Below are positions 36,754 through 46,113 of a stretch of DNA of 64,000 bases, one piece after another. The DNA comes from a virus. Position numbers and translations under genes: made by a program. Location: positions 1 to 64,000 of IMG/VR virus record IMGVR_UViG_3300036820_000010; one strand, given 5' to 3'. Every line of letters starts with the position of its first letter. The stretch's first letter is position 1. Under the pieces are notes generated by a model. It did not search any database. It was given only the letters and a program-made list of their open reading frames with translations, and had not been told where the DNA came from.

Positions 36754-37573
36754 CGGGACCTCCTTGGGCTAGAGTAGCAAAAACAGACGCATTTGCCTTG
36801 GCCAAGGCCAGTTCCTCCTCGGTCAGGACCCAAGAAAAGTAATTTAGAGGACGAGTCGGGTACTCTGGAACCTTACCCCCTGCCTTGAGCCTGATCCCTG
36901 CCTTTGCATAGCAGAAGGGCTTTGCACTGTCAGTCGATCGAATCCACGGAAACTCACTAGCCATGTCGCCCAAGACCCAGAGTTGCCTCCCCCAGCCTAG
37001 AAGGTGCACCTCGACACCATCATTTTCGACCAAAGGCAAGATGTCATCGCGGAGAATCTTAGGAACCCCACCTTCCCATATCTCGTAGTCCTTAGACACT
37101 CCGACGGTCGGGGGTTGGGTGAAGATCTCAGGGTAGACCTTGTGATGTCGGGCCCACTGCATCATCAAACCGAAGAGGCAGGACTTGTAGTCCTTGTAAT
37201 CCTCGCCCTGCGGGACCAGCATCAACTTCGGGACAGGAAGTTCTGTCTTCGCGGCAAAAGTAAAGAACTCCTTAGCCTTGGACAGGGTCTCCATGCTCTT
37301 GAACAAGTGATCAGGAACAACTACCTCGTTGGACTTGACTTCACTCGCATGCTTGAGTAGATTAGTTGCCTGGGCCCCTGCAGTAAATTCGTGGGCACTG
37401 TTGTCAAGTATTAAGTAAGCCCCCTCTTTCTTCTCCCGCATGTAGTGATCCCGGTACGCCTTGCGGTTCATCATGTGATCGAGTAGAAGGTGGTACTTAG
37501 AGTGCCCGAATCGATCTAGATGGGCAGTAGGCGGGATCAGAGCAACGAACATTCTAGGAGCGTCTCCATACAT
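36689..37573 (-). CDS. TGT-fold transglycosylase, DpdA-like (7-deazaguanine insertion into DNA)
   Basis: ILDNSAHE..VVPD..VPQG..VHLLG..RSTDSA; lies within the preQ cluster. Confidence 0.65.
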   Translation of the reverse strand: MYGDAPRMFVALIPPTAHLDRFGHSKYHLLLDHMMNRKAYRDHYMREKKEGAYLILDNSAHEFTAGAQATNLLKHASEVKSNEVVVPDHLFKSMETLSKAKEFFTFAAKTELPVPKLMLVPQGEDYKDYKSCLFGLMMQWARHHKVYPEIFTQPPTVGVSKDYEIWEGGVPKILRDDILPLVENDGVEVHLLGWGRQLWVLGDMASEFPWIRSTDSAKPFCYAKAGIRLKAGGKVPEYPTRPLNYFSWVLTEEELALAKANASVFATLAQGGPGASSGLHRQETETQDRPVRRF

Positions 37574-38357
37574 ATAAGGTCGTCGTCGGGAACTCGCGGT
37601 CGTAGGTGATGTAGTTGGTAAATTGTCCGATCAGTTTCGGGAGAACCGTTTCGATGCCCAGGTACTCGGCCCAATGATTATAGCGGATGAGGAGTTGCAG
37701 ATCGGATTTGAGGGCCTTGACTGTCGAGGCGTGGTCGACATCGTGAAACTCACACTGCATCTTAGTCGGGAAGTTCCAGCCTCGCCCAAAAGGTTTCTTC
37801 ATGATCATGGTGTGCGGGTCACCTTCTGACCCCCCACCCGCGTAGTGCATAAAGGTAACCTGAGGCGCAGATGCGCACTCTAGGGGTTGCTTCGGCCACA
37901 GGGAGCACCCTTTACCTCCATTAGGCCTCTCTGCCGTCAGGTAGGGGCAAAACGGATAGGGACTCTGGTTGACCGAAACTATAGTACTCGCTTTCCCATT
38001 GACGATGATCTCACGCTCTTCCCAAGGCACTAACTTTTTCTTAGACTCTTCCATCTCCGCGAATTCTTCCGGGAGAAAGTCGAGAGTGACCGCGATCGCA
38101 CAGCAAGCGTGGCACCCATCGACGCAGACGAACTGCCGGAAGACAGAAGGTCCGATCCCAACCCATTCTGGAATCTTCTTCAAGACCGGCCTGTTCTTCT
38201 TACCCCAGTAGACAGGTTTCGGAGACAGGCAGGCCAACTGATGAGTCATCTTGAAAATCGAGTCGGGGTAGGTAGATGACGGATTGCGCTTCAGGCGAGA
38301 GTCGTGAGGATCTACATCGTCGAAGAACCCGGGCAGAGTCGGAAGTTCCTTCCTCAT
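37554..38357 (-). CDS. Cys-cluster (CxxxCxxCC) putative Fe-S/Zn protein
   Basis: FVCVDGCHACC..CPYL..CSLW..PLEC (YkgJ/FliB-like pattern). Confidence 0.65.
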   Translation of the reverse strand: MRKELPTLPGFFDDVDPHDSRLKRNPSSTYPDSIFKMTHQLACLSPKPVYWGKKNRPVLKKIPEWVGIGPSVFRQFVCVDGCHACCAIAVTLDFLPEEFAEMEESKKKLVPWEEREIIVNGKASTIVSVNQSPYPFCPYLTAERPNGGKGCSLWPKQPLECASAPQVTFMHYAGGGSEGDPHTMIMKKPFGRGWNFPTKMQCEFHDVDHASTVKALKSDLQLLIRYNHWAEYLGIETVLPKLIGQFTNYITYDREFPTTTLYVWRRS

Positions 38358-38662
38358 TTCATTTTCCTATTGATGAACTCGACGATCTGAATAGCAACTG
38401 CAGCAGTGTGCACACACTCCTCAACAACATTGTCCAGGAGTTCATTCCAATGGTCGGAATCAGACTGAGTATCGAAGTCAAGTATTGCCTTGGACACTTC
38501 TCCGAACTCCTCGCCTAGGATCAATCCCCACTTGTCTAGTGGATGATTCTGCTCACCCCATAAGCCTTGTTGTCTTTCCCTCTCCTCCAGGACCAGTTGC
38601 ATACTGTCTTCAGTAGACTTGAGATCGAAGTCAGACTTTACAGGCGCCATGGAGTTCTCCAC
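38354..38662 (-). CDS. MazG-like nucleotide pyrophosphohydrolase
   Basis: ERERQ..WG..LGEEFGEVSKA..EECVHTAAV. Confidence 0.75.
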   Translation of the reverse strand: MENSMAPVKSDFDLKSTEDSMQLVLEERERQQGLWGEQNHPLDKWGLILGEEFGEVSKAILDFDTQSDSDHWNELLDNVVEECVHTAAVAIQIVEFINRKMK

Positions 38663-38931
38663 TCAGGCAAGGCCTCGGGTGTGATGTACTCTTGGGGAAG
38701 CGTATCTTCTAAGGGTTTCAGGTCCTCTGTGAGATTGGAAACTTTCCCCTGAACCTCACCCATACCCTTGCCCAGACTAAACAGAAAGGCAGAGAAACTC
38801 CTCAACCCCCTAGTGATCTCTTCTCCCAACTCTTGGCCTGACTGGAAAGCAGGATCGACCACTTCGACAACCAGGGGTGGGTCTAGTCGGTCAGCAAGAT
38901 TGCGCAAGACCCCACCTAGTTTATGCCTCAC
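38638..38931 (-). CDS. Hypothetical protein
   Basis: GTGA overlap with the queC stop. Confidence 0.5.
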   Translation of the reverse strand: MRHKLGGVLRNLADRLDPPLVVEVVDPAFQSGQELGEEITRGLRSFSAFLFSLGKGMGEVQGKVSNLTEDLKPLEDTLPQEYITPEALPEWRTPWRL

Positions 38932-39632
38932 AAATTGATTCCCCCGACCGCAAGGGATCTCTCTAAGGAGACTTGGTACAAAGTCGGGTCCTTGATCCCA
39001 GCCAGATGAAACGCCTCGCGCCTCTCGACACAAGTAGCACAGAGACCGCAGTGCTGGGATCCGCCTTCGTAACACGACCAAGTCAGGTCCCAAGGGACCT
39101 TGGCTTCCTGGCCCCTCTTGGCGATTTCTGCCTTAGTGTTGTGGATGAAAGGAGCAGTTACCCGGAAGTCATCCCTGTAGAACCCTGAGTTCCCGATCCT
39201 CGCGGTCCGGTTGAACTCGTCGATGAAGGCAGGACGGCAGTCAGGGTAGATAGCATGGTCACCCGCGTGGACCGCAGTAACCACCCGATCTGCCCCGAGG
39301 GCTACTGCCCACCCGACCGCGATCGAAAGGAGGATCATGTTTCGGTTAGGGACCACCGTCGCCTTCATACTCTCTTCGGTGTAGTGACCATGAGGAACTT
39401 CTTTGTCTGAAGTCAGAGCTGACGTTGACAGGAGTTCCCGCAAAGGCTCCATGTCGACCACTCTCCACTCAGAGAAGAGTCGCTGCGCGCACATGTTGGC
39501 GAACTTGAGTTCCTTACTGTGCTTCTGGCCATAATTTACTGAAAGGCAGTACAGTTTGTCCCCGTTGCCTTTGAGGATGTGGGCCAAGGCAACACTGTCC
39601 ATGCCTCCCGACAGTAGTACTACACTCTTCAT
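38928..39632 (-). CDS. queC: 7-cyano-7-deazaguanine synthase
   Basis: LLSGGMDS, YGQKH, VPNRN, YPDCR, TWSCY..HCGLCATC. Confidence 0.95.
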   Translation of the reverse strand: MKSVVLLSGGMDSVALAHILKGNGDKLYCLSVNYGQKHSKELKFANMCAQRLFSEWRVVDMEPLRELLSTSALTSDKEVPHGHYTEESMKATVVPNRNMILLSIAVGWAVALGADRVVTAVHAGDHAIYPDCRPAFIDEFNRTARIGNSGFYRDDFRVTAPFIHNTKAEIAKRGQEAKVPWDLTWSCYEGGSQHCGLCATCVERREAFHLAGIKDPTLYQVSLERSLAVGGINL

Positions 39633-39826
39633 AGATAAGTTTGTTCTCCCGCCTTGTAACGAACTGCGTCGATCGCGTCCATGACTCGGTCAATCGGTTC
39701 AGTCCAGAGTGTACTGAGTTCGCCTAGAGTCATCTTCTTCTCGTCATCGGACATAGACTCTACAGTTTCCATGAGTCTCTGGAAAGGCATACTGCGTAGA
39801 GTACGTCTAGAGTCCTCAAGCATCAC
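39629..39826 (-). CDS. Hypothetical protein
   Basis: Coupled between folE and queC. Confidence 0.55.
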   Translation of the reverse strand: MMLEDSRRTLRSMPFQRLMETVESMSDDEKKMTLGELSTLWTEPIDRVMDAIDAVRYKAGEQTYL

Positions 39827-40392
39827 CTAGATCCCCTCAACGCTAAGAACTCAGCACGGGCCTCAGGTTCCCTAAGAAAGTCCCCCCTGACCGCAGAAGT
39901 CACTGTCCTAGACCCTGTCGCCTGGATCCCCCTGATGGTCATGCACGCGTGTTCTGCTTCGAGGACGACCATGCAATTTTTACTTAGGTTCTCCTCGATG
40001 CAGTTAGCAACCTGGGTCGTGATTCTTTCCTGCATGGTCAACCGTCTAGAGTAAATATAGACGATGCGAGCCAGTTTCGACAACCCGATGACCCGACCTT
40101 GGGGAATGTACCCGACATGAGCAACTCCCAAGAAAGGCAGTAAGTGATGTTCACACAAGGAGACTAGAGGAATGTCCTTGACCAGGACCATCGAATTGTA
40201 GCCATCAGCCTCGAAGTGAGTGAACAGGTCTTTGGGGTTTAGAGAATACCCTCGAGTCATCTCCTGGTACATCTCGATGACGCGGCGAGGCGTCTCCTTC
40301 AGGCCTTCCCGCGTCGGGTCCTCCTTGATGTACTTGAGGATATCCTCGACAGCACGCAGACCCCCGGGATGAACTTCCCTACCCGACACCAT
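39823..40392 (-). CDS. folE: GTP cyclohydrolase I
   Basis: REGLKETPRRV, SLCEHHLLPF, GLSKLAR, QER, HACM. Confidence 0.95.
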   Translation of the reverse strand: MVSGREVHPGGLRAVEDILKYIKEDPTREGLKETPRRVIEMYQEMTRGYSLNPKDLFTHFEADGYNSMVLVKDIPLVSLCEHHLLPFLGVAHVGYIPQGRVIGLSKLARIVYIYSRRLTMQERITTQVANCIEENLSKNCMVVLEAEHACMTIRGIQATGSRTVTSAVRGDFLREPEARAEFLALRGSR

Positions 40393-40918
40393 CTTCCTCC
40401 CGGTGAATCAGGAACCGCAGGTACCAGAGGGCCTTCTTCAAGTCGTCAACTCCCCCCTTCTTCGACCAACGGGTGACGTACTTGACGATGTTGCCTTCCG
40501 CGTAAGGCAGGTTGTTGGCCGCTATATACTGAATGGGCTCGATCTCGAACCCGCCTCGGTAGTGCCCACCCTGGTGCGATGTCGAGAAGAGTTCAGTCCC
40601 CTGCTCCTGACGCAAGGCCTCGAGTTTCTCAGGATTGAGTTCTTCTGGGATCTCGTCATCAGGTAGATCCTGCCTTGCCCCTGGGTCCCCGGGAATCTTG
40701 ATCTCACTCAGATCCCTACCTAGAGACTCCAGAACATCTTCATCTGCCTCGGGTTCTGGTCCAGGATAAAAATCAGATTCTGGGGGAGACGGGTTACGGT
40801 TAGCCATTTCAGCAACTATCGAGTTTTGGGGAGTGACGACCATCTTCGATCCCCCGACATTAGACTCAGTTGACTCTGCCTTGGGTTTCTTGTCGTCAGA
40901 TGTATTTGTCTTGCTCAC
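40379..40918 (-). CDS. DUF3310-like (T7 gp1.7-type nucleotide kinase) protein
   Basis: GGHY..IEPI..GNIVKYVTRW.KKGGVDDLKKALWYL. Confidence 0.8.
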   Translation of the reverse strand: MSKTNTSDDKKPKAESTESNVGGSKMVVTPQNSIVAEMANRNPSPPESDFYPGPEPEADEDVLESLGRDLSEIKIPGDPGARQDLPDDEIPEELNPEKLEALRQEQGTELFSTSHQGGHYRGGFEIEPIQYIAANNLPYAEGNIVKYVTRWSKKGGVDDLKKALWYLRFLIHREEDGVG

Positions 40919-41267
40919 TCAAGTCCACCAGTAGATAGTCGTGGATCAGGACGTGGTTCTGGGCCCAAGAATTCTTCTTGGCTACCTCGCAGACCCTTTG
41001 GTGTACTGCTTGGTAGTTCGCCCAGTCGTCAAAAGTCAGATTACCTTTGGTCAAAGCCCAGACTCGAAGAGACTCCATGTGGCGAAACCCGAGTTTCCGT
41101 AGATCTACGCGCAGGCGATTCCATCCACTTCTTTCAGTGTTCAAGCCCATGCCTCGGGCTTCCTTCTCGTACTCCTTCTCGTTGAGTTCTCGGAAGAACT
41201 CCATACTTGGCTGTTTCTCCACCCTACGCCGCCTCCTACGTTCCCCTCGTGTTTCCAAAGATCTCAA
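40896..41267 (-). CDS. Hypothetical protein
   Basis: Operon position; start uncertain. Confidence 0.55.
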   Translation of the reverse strand: MRSLETRGERRRRRRVEKQPSMEFFRELNEKEYEKEARGMGLNTERSGWNRLRVDLRKLGFRHMESLRVWALTKGNLTFDDWANYQAVHQRVCEVAKKNSWAQNHVLIHDYLLVDLSEQDKYI

Positions 41268-41955
41268 CCTGCAGACGGGGGGATAGGTTCCACCCTTCTA
41301 AGAGAACCGACTTCGCTACTGCCTGCATATGCTCTTGTAAGGCCTCGACATCGATACCTTCTGGCATGATGTAGACAGGGTGAAGATCATGCTTGGTCAC
41401 CAGGTACTTGACCTCGGCCAGATCATCATCAGAAGTGACCACGAACTTCCAACAGGTCTTGTGAGTATCCTGCAGAATATCCAAGGCCTCGGGATTGTAA
41501 CGCTTCGCCTTCTCGTTGCCTGAGTTCTCGAGTTTCGGAGAGCAGTTGAACTGGGTCACCCGCGTGACCAACTCCCGGGTCGGAGTGATCGTACCTGCTG
41601 TCTCGACCTCGACTCGAACCGCAGAAGACAGGGTGTTGAGGTACTCAGCCAAGACCTTCTGCTGCAGGAGAGGCTCACCCCCAGAGACGACCAACATAGG
41701 CACCCTCAAGTTGAAGAGGCCCAAGGTCTTGAACTGAGCAGTGATCTCCTCGAAGGTCATCCGGGTGAGTTCGACCTTAGGATCGTACTTGACCCCGTTA
41801 CGTCCTGTCCAGTCCCATGTATAAGGAGTATCACACCAGGAACAGTGCAAGTTGCATGCCCCTAACCTCAAGAAGCAGCAAACTCTACCTGCGGACGAGC
41901 CTTCACCTTGGAAGGTAGGCCCGAACTGTTCACTGACCAAGAGTTCCTCCCTCAT
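41236..41955 (-). CDS. queE: 7-carboxy-7-deazaguanine synthase (radical SAM)
   Basis: TFQGEG..FLRLGACNLHCSWCDT..SGGEPLLQ..SPKL..PRLQ. Confidence 0.95.
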   Translation of the reverse strand: MREELLVSEQFGPTFQGEGSSAGRVCCFLRLGACNLHCSWCDTPYTWDWTGRNGVKYDPKVELTRMTFEEITAQFKTLGLFNLRVPMLVVSGGEPLLQQKVLAEYLNTLSSAVRVEVETAGTITPTRELVTRVTQFNCSPKLENSGNEKAKRYNPEALDILQDTHKTCWKFVVTSDDDLAEVKYLVTKHDLHPVYIMPEGIDVEALQEHMQAVAKSVLLEGWNLSPRLQVEIFGNTRGT

Positions 41956-41958
41956 CTG

Positions 41959-42339
41959 TCAGATCGTGATCTCAACCCAGGTGTTAGCCGTCTCCGAGAC
42001 AGCAACCTGGACTATTCCCCACTCAGAATCTGGATACTCGGTGCGCACAGTGTCCTGGAGTTGAGTCAGAATCCACTGACCAATGCGTTCTGCCGTCGGA
42101 ACCTGGATGAAGGCGTTGAGGTCCTGGTGATCGAACTTATGCAAGACCGGGTGCATGATCGAAGTCAGAGTAGCAAAGTCGACAACCATCCCCTCCTCGG
42201 ACTGGCCTTGAGAGGGTTGGACTGGACCCTCAACTGTCACCCGAACTCGGTAGGAGTGACCATGGGGGCGGCGACATTTTCCCTCATGGTTAGGTAGATG
42301 GTGAGCAGCCTCAAACCCGTACTCCTTCGAAATCCTCAT
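41959..42339 (-). CDS. queD: 6-carboxytetrahydropterin synthase
   Basis: FEAAHHL..CRRPHGHSY..DF..FDHQDLN..PTAE..SET. Confidence 0.93.
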   Translation of the reverse strand: MRISKEYGFEAAHHLPNHEGKCRRPHGHSYRVRVTVEGPVQPSQGQSEEGMVVDFATLTSIMHPVLHKFDHQDLNAFIQVPTAERIGQWILTQLQDTVRTEYPDSEWGIVQVAVSETANTWVEITI

Positions 42340-42349
42340 GTGCTCCACC

Positions 42350-42790
42350 TCACAGGATCTCCAGTTGAGCAGGATAGGCAGCAACCGACGTGATCTCGAT
42401 CCCACCTCGACGCTTCTGGGTCACCTCAACTCGAATCGCCCGTGGGTGCAACTCGAGTTTGATCGTGCGCAGGATAATTGCTGGAAGAGCCTCACAAAAG
42501 ACTCCCTGGGTGCGGAACGACTCCAGATAGAGTTTAAGACTCTTACTCTCTAGAATATGATCTGCAGGCCGGTAGCGAATCGTGACCCGGTACATGTCAG
42601 GCTGCAGAGTAACCGGACAGATCGCGGTCACCTCGTCCGACTGCATCTCGACCATCGAGGGTCGATCGTCCTCTGGGATCTGGATCGCGTCTAGGCGGGT
42701 GAACTTCCTGCCTCGATGACCCAGGTATAGGCGGCTTGAGTCAGGTTCCCCTGCCTCCGTCTCAGAACTTGCCTTCTCGGTTTCGTTCAT
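42350..42790 (-). CDS. queF: preQ0 reductase (type I QueF)
   Basis: CPVTLQPD, QueF motif ESKSLKLYL, RGGI. Confidence 0.85.
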   Translation of the reverse strand: MNETEKASSETEAGEPDSSRLYLGHRGRKFTRLDAIQIPEDDRPSMVEMQSDEVTAICPVTLQPDMYRVTIRYRPADHILESKSLKLYLESFRTQGVFCEALPAIILRTIKLELHPRAIRVEVTQKRRGGIEITSVAAYPAQLEIL

Positions 42791-43046
42791 CTACCTTTTC
42801 TTCTATTAGCTTGAGAACTTCTTCGACCGCGACGATAGTATAGATCTTGTTCAGGAGATCCTCAGGAATCCTCCTGAAGAAGTACAACCAACGCTCCCTC
42901 TCCTGGACTATTCCCAACTCTAGTCCAGAAGAGAACCCCTCCTCGTAACCGGAACTTCTATACCCACTAGAATCCATGACCCACTCGGGCCCAGGTAGGC
43001 CTGAGTTAGTCACCTCGAAGTTCCAACCGAGTCTCCTCTTCCCCAT
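42762..43046 (-). CDS. Hypothetical protein
   Basis: Operon position. Confidence 0.5.
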   Translation of the reverse strand: MGKRRLGWNFEVTNSGLPGPEWVMDSSGYRSSGYEEGFSSGLELGIVQERERWLYFFRRIPEDLLNKIYTIVAVEEVLKLIEEKVDERNREGKF

Positions 43047-43054
43047 GTCGGGAC

Positions 43055-43540
43055 CTACTTGAACGACCGCCTGACCTGCTGATTCCCCTTGAACGGGGAG
43101 GCAGCATCACCTCCCGCAGGAACTGCCTCCGCGACCTGAGGCGTTTCTCCAACCGGGACCAAATCCTCGACCCGAGAGGTCATCCGCCCCTGGTACTTCT
43201 CGTTGCGGACCGAGGCAACCGCAGGCAACCCATCGAAGGACGGATCAAGGAGCATCCCTGTCCCATCGTCGAAGTCGAGGTCCAACGACTGCGCCTCGAT
43301 CCCGAAGTTCTGGAAGACTGCCTGCAACCGGAACAGGGCCTTAGGCGAGAAGGAAGTCATCATGTACAGGGTTCGGCCTTCGAACTCACCTGACACGATG
43401 GTCAACTTCCAGTTGAGGTAAGGAAATTCAGACCCCTCCGACTGCCTCTGCTCGACCGAGTCGATCAGGACCTCGTACTTGCCGGGTTTGACCGGGGTCT
43501 GAACCTCGACACCAGAGAAATCGAGAGTATACTTAGACAC
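43055..43540 (-). CDS. DUF669-like putative ssDNA-binding protein
   Basis: LDFSGVE..PGKYEVLI..YLNW..GEFEGR; follows the AAA/exonuclease pair. Confidence 0.7.
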   Translation of the reverse strand: MSKYTLDFSGVEVQTPVKPGKYEVLIDSVEQRQSEGSEFPYLNWKLTIVSGEFEGRTLYMMTSFSPKALFRLQAVFQNFGIEAQSLDLDFDDGTGMLLDPSFDGLPAVASVRNEKYQGRMTSRVEDLVPVGETPQVAEAVPAGGDAASPFKGNQQVRRSFK

Positions 43541-43742
43541 TGGCTTTCGCCTCCTCGTGAGCCGGGAGCAACAGAAGATTGCCCCGTGGGTACTGCGCCG
43601 ACTTGAGTCTGAAGACCCAGTACTGGGCCATGACGTCCCCATACTGCACTCCTCCAAACTCCCCCGGCGGGTTCTTGGCCACCGCAATCTGCTCGATGGC
43701 GAGGGAGTTGACCATTTTCTCCCAGGTTACCCGAGACAACAT
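43533..43742 (-). CDS. Hypothetical protein
   Basis: TGATG overlap. Confidence 0.5.
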   Translation of the reverse strand: MLSRVTWEKMVNSLAIEQIAVAKNPPGEFGGVQYGDVMAQYWVFRLKSAQYPRGNLLLLPAHEEAKASV

Positions 43743-44596
43743 CAGGCCTTGACCTTCTGCTTCTTGAGGACTTCATCGGCGAGGGCACCTGCCTCTTGGG
43801 GAGTCATCTTCTCGATGGGTTGGACAGCATCACCATCTTCTGCGCGGACAGCCGGAGTCTCCGCGGGCGGGCCCCCAGGGAAGTGTAGAACGTCGAGCAA
43901 CTTGGTCACCGTCGGATCATCCAAGTACTCTGGGATCACATCTCCCCAACGGGTCCGTGCCTTGACTCGGAACTGCGAGAACCCGGACAGGAGAAGAGAC
44001 CTAGTCTCTTGCATGGTCCCATCAGACCCTCGTTCCTGAGAGATAGCGAAGTACCCCGCGACATCGAACAGCCCAGGAAGTTCCTCGGCCAACTGCCCTG
44101 CGAGAGCAGGAACCTTAACTGCTCCTACTCTCGGTTCGACGACTTCTTTAGACAAAGAAGTCATGAAGACGTGCATCGGAAGGTCACGGAAGGACCTGAC
44201 GAAGCGCCTCATCTGGACAGTTGCCTTACCGTAGTCCTGCTGCTGCAGAGCGTTCGGGTCGTTGCGTCTCGCCTGCTCCCCTTCTAGGATGTCGAGGAGG
44301 GTGAAGATGTGAGTTTCTGATAGAGAGTCGATGCAGATCGATTGGTAGGGAAGATTCGATCGCGGCGACTCGAGCTCAGAATAGACTTGAGAGTACGTAT
44401 CCCAATCCCGAATCTCGACCATGTCGATGTCGAGACCAGCGAGAGTTTGAGATCCCCCCTCAAAGTCCAAGAACAAGACGGGAGACGTCCTCGGATCGAG
44501 TTGAGCAGTACCTAAGAAATGGGTCTTGCCTGCTCCTGCGGGCCCAAAGATCAACGCCTTCAAGAAGCGCCCCTGGTCGGGTTTGATTATCTTCAA
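43742..44596 (-). CDS. Sak4/AAA_24-like ATPase (recombinase)
   Basis: ALIFGPAGAGKT, LDFEGG, ICIDSLSE. Confidence 0.85.
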   Translation of the reverse strand: MKIIKPDQGRFLKALIFGPAGAGKTHFLGTAQLDPRTSPVLFLDFEGGSQTLAGLDIDMVEIRDWDTYSQVYSELESPRSNLPYQSICIDSLSETHIFTLLDILEGEQARRNDPNALQQQDYGKATVQMRRFVRSFRDLPMHVFMTSLSKEVVEPRVGAVKVPALAGQLAEELPGLFDVAGYFAISQERGSDGTMQETRSLLLSGFSQFRVKARTRWGDVIPEYLDDPTVTKLLDVLHFPGGPPAETPAVRAEDGDAVQPIEKMTPQEAGALADEVLKKQKVKA

Positions 44597-44657
44597 GTCT
44601 TGGATCTCCAGACTTACGAATGAACGAAGGGACGGGCCTCAATCATTATAGATGGAG

Positions 44658-45695
44658 TTACCATCTCCTGTCAGGGTTGATCTTGAAGTTCGCCCCAAGT
44701 AAGTGCTGATGGTCGGACCCGTCTTCCATCGCCTGGCAAACCTGCAAGAAATCACACCTGGGACAGTGCAAAGCAGACGGGGAAGGATACGCCTTCTCTG
44801 GATACTTAGAAATATCCAACATGTCCTTGAAGACATAGAAGAGATGTTCTTCATAAGCCTTGATTTGAGCGAGGTTGCGAGACGTAACTTCTCTGTGGAA
44901 GAAGGGATCCCACCCACGAGTCTTGAGAGCGTTCAGGGCCTGGATATGCTTGCTCGATCGAGTCAAGTCGAGTTCGACCATCTTCGAGTAGTACCACCCG
45001 TGCAAGGTGAGTTGATCCTTGGCTGTCGAGAGAGACCCGTCTTTCAGGAGGCGGGGGAGGTTCGGGACCTTCTTCAAGAGTGTCTCGTAGACCACACCCT
45101 TGAACAGTTCCCCAGTCAGGCGCCAGAAGGAGTAGTAGTACCCAGTCACCTGGTCGTCGAGGTCTAGGCCTCGGCCTTGGGTCCAAACTTGCGCCCCTGT
45201 CTTGTAGTCGACCAGGTACAAGTCTGAACCTTCAGAAGCAATCCGGTCCATCCTCGCCGTCAACCTAGGTCTTGACTTGAGAGTTGCTCTCCCCGTCGAG
45301 GTTCTGATCGGGACCCACACTCTCCGTTCCAAAGAAACCGTCCTGAGTTGCAACGAGGTCCCCCGGTCGAAGGCAGCGTAGTTGCGCAACATCTCGACAC
45401 CAAGCGGTTTGTAGGCGTAGATGTCGTTCTCTACCCACCCCCACAGGCCCCCATACTCCTGCTGCAAGTCGACGATCGACGAATCAAACTCCTTCTCGAA
45501 CTCGTCGATCGTGGCTTGCATCGAGTAGGATCGCCCGTACTCCTCTAACGCATGGTGGATCAAGGTCCCGAACCACAGACGGTCATCCGGTTTCTTGAGT
45601 TGGTATCCAAGATAAGAACCTAGATACCACTGGCGCCTGCACTCCTTGAACTGACCGACTTCGGTCACCGAAACTTCATCAAGAGACCTTGGCAT
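44658..45695 (-). CDS. PD-(D/E)xK Cas4/RecB-like exonuclease
   Basis: CRRQW..GTLIH..MD..VDYKT..Q..CPRCDFLQVC. Confidence 0.85.
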   Translation of the reverse strand: MPRSLDEVSVTEVGQFKECRRQWYLGSYLGYQLKKPDDRLWFGTLIHHALEEYGRSYSMQATIDEFEKEFDSSIVDLQQEYGGLWGWVENDIYAYKPLGVEMLRNYAAFDRGTSLQLRTVSLERRVWVPIRTSTGRATLKSRPRLTARMDRIASEGSDLYLVDYKTGAQVWTQGRGLDLDDQVTGYYYSFWRLTGELFKGVVYETLLKKVPNLPRLLKDGSLSTAKDQLTLHGWYYSKMVELDLTRSSKHIQALNALKTRGWDPFFHREVTSRNLAQIKAYEEHLFYVFKDMLDISKYPEKAYPSPSALHCPRCDFLQVCQAMEDGSDHQHLLGANFKINPDRRW

Positions 45696-46113
45696 CTTCT
45701 AGGCCTGGAAACTCATCCTTGAGTTTCTTGACGATGAAGTAGAGTCCGATGCAGGCAGCATCCCTCTCATGAGAACTCTTGAAGTGGTGTTGAGGAAACA
45801 GGCCTCTCAACCAACGAGTCTGGAAGTACGGTTTCCAATCTGCGGGTTTGATCATAGTTGCTGCAGGAAAGACCCCCCTGAGGGCTGCCTCGATGGCCAG
45901 GAGTTCCCGTCCGAGTTTGCCCATTCCTCCATGAGCAGCCGTCATCTCTAAGATGACAAACTTCTGCTGCATCGGGAGGTCTAGATAAATCTGGGGCTCC
46001 TTCCTAGATTCAGTCCTGAGGAGTCTCCACTCTTGGCCTAGAACAGTGTTCTTCTGCTCGAAGATCGCCCAACCAGACGTGATCCCGACGTCAATGGCTA
46101 GGAGTCTCGACAC
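45679..46113 (-). CDS. RuvC-like Holliday junction resolvase
   Basis: LLAIDVGITSGWA..VILE..PADWK..HERDA. Confidence 0.7.
   Translation of the reverse strand: MSRLLAIDVGITSGWAIFEQKNTVLGQEWRLLRTESRKEPQIYLDLPMQQKFVILEMTAAHGGMGKLGRELLAIEAALRGVFPAATMIKPADWKPYFQTRWLRGLFPQHHFKSSHERDAACIGLYFIVKKLKDEFPGLEDAKVS

Noticed and set aside
44658-45695. Cas4 as the adaptation partner of the Cas7-like gene
   Set aside because: It lies in the standard exonuclease-Sak4-SSB phage recombination module 44 kb away, and no cas1/cas2 is present.
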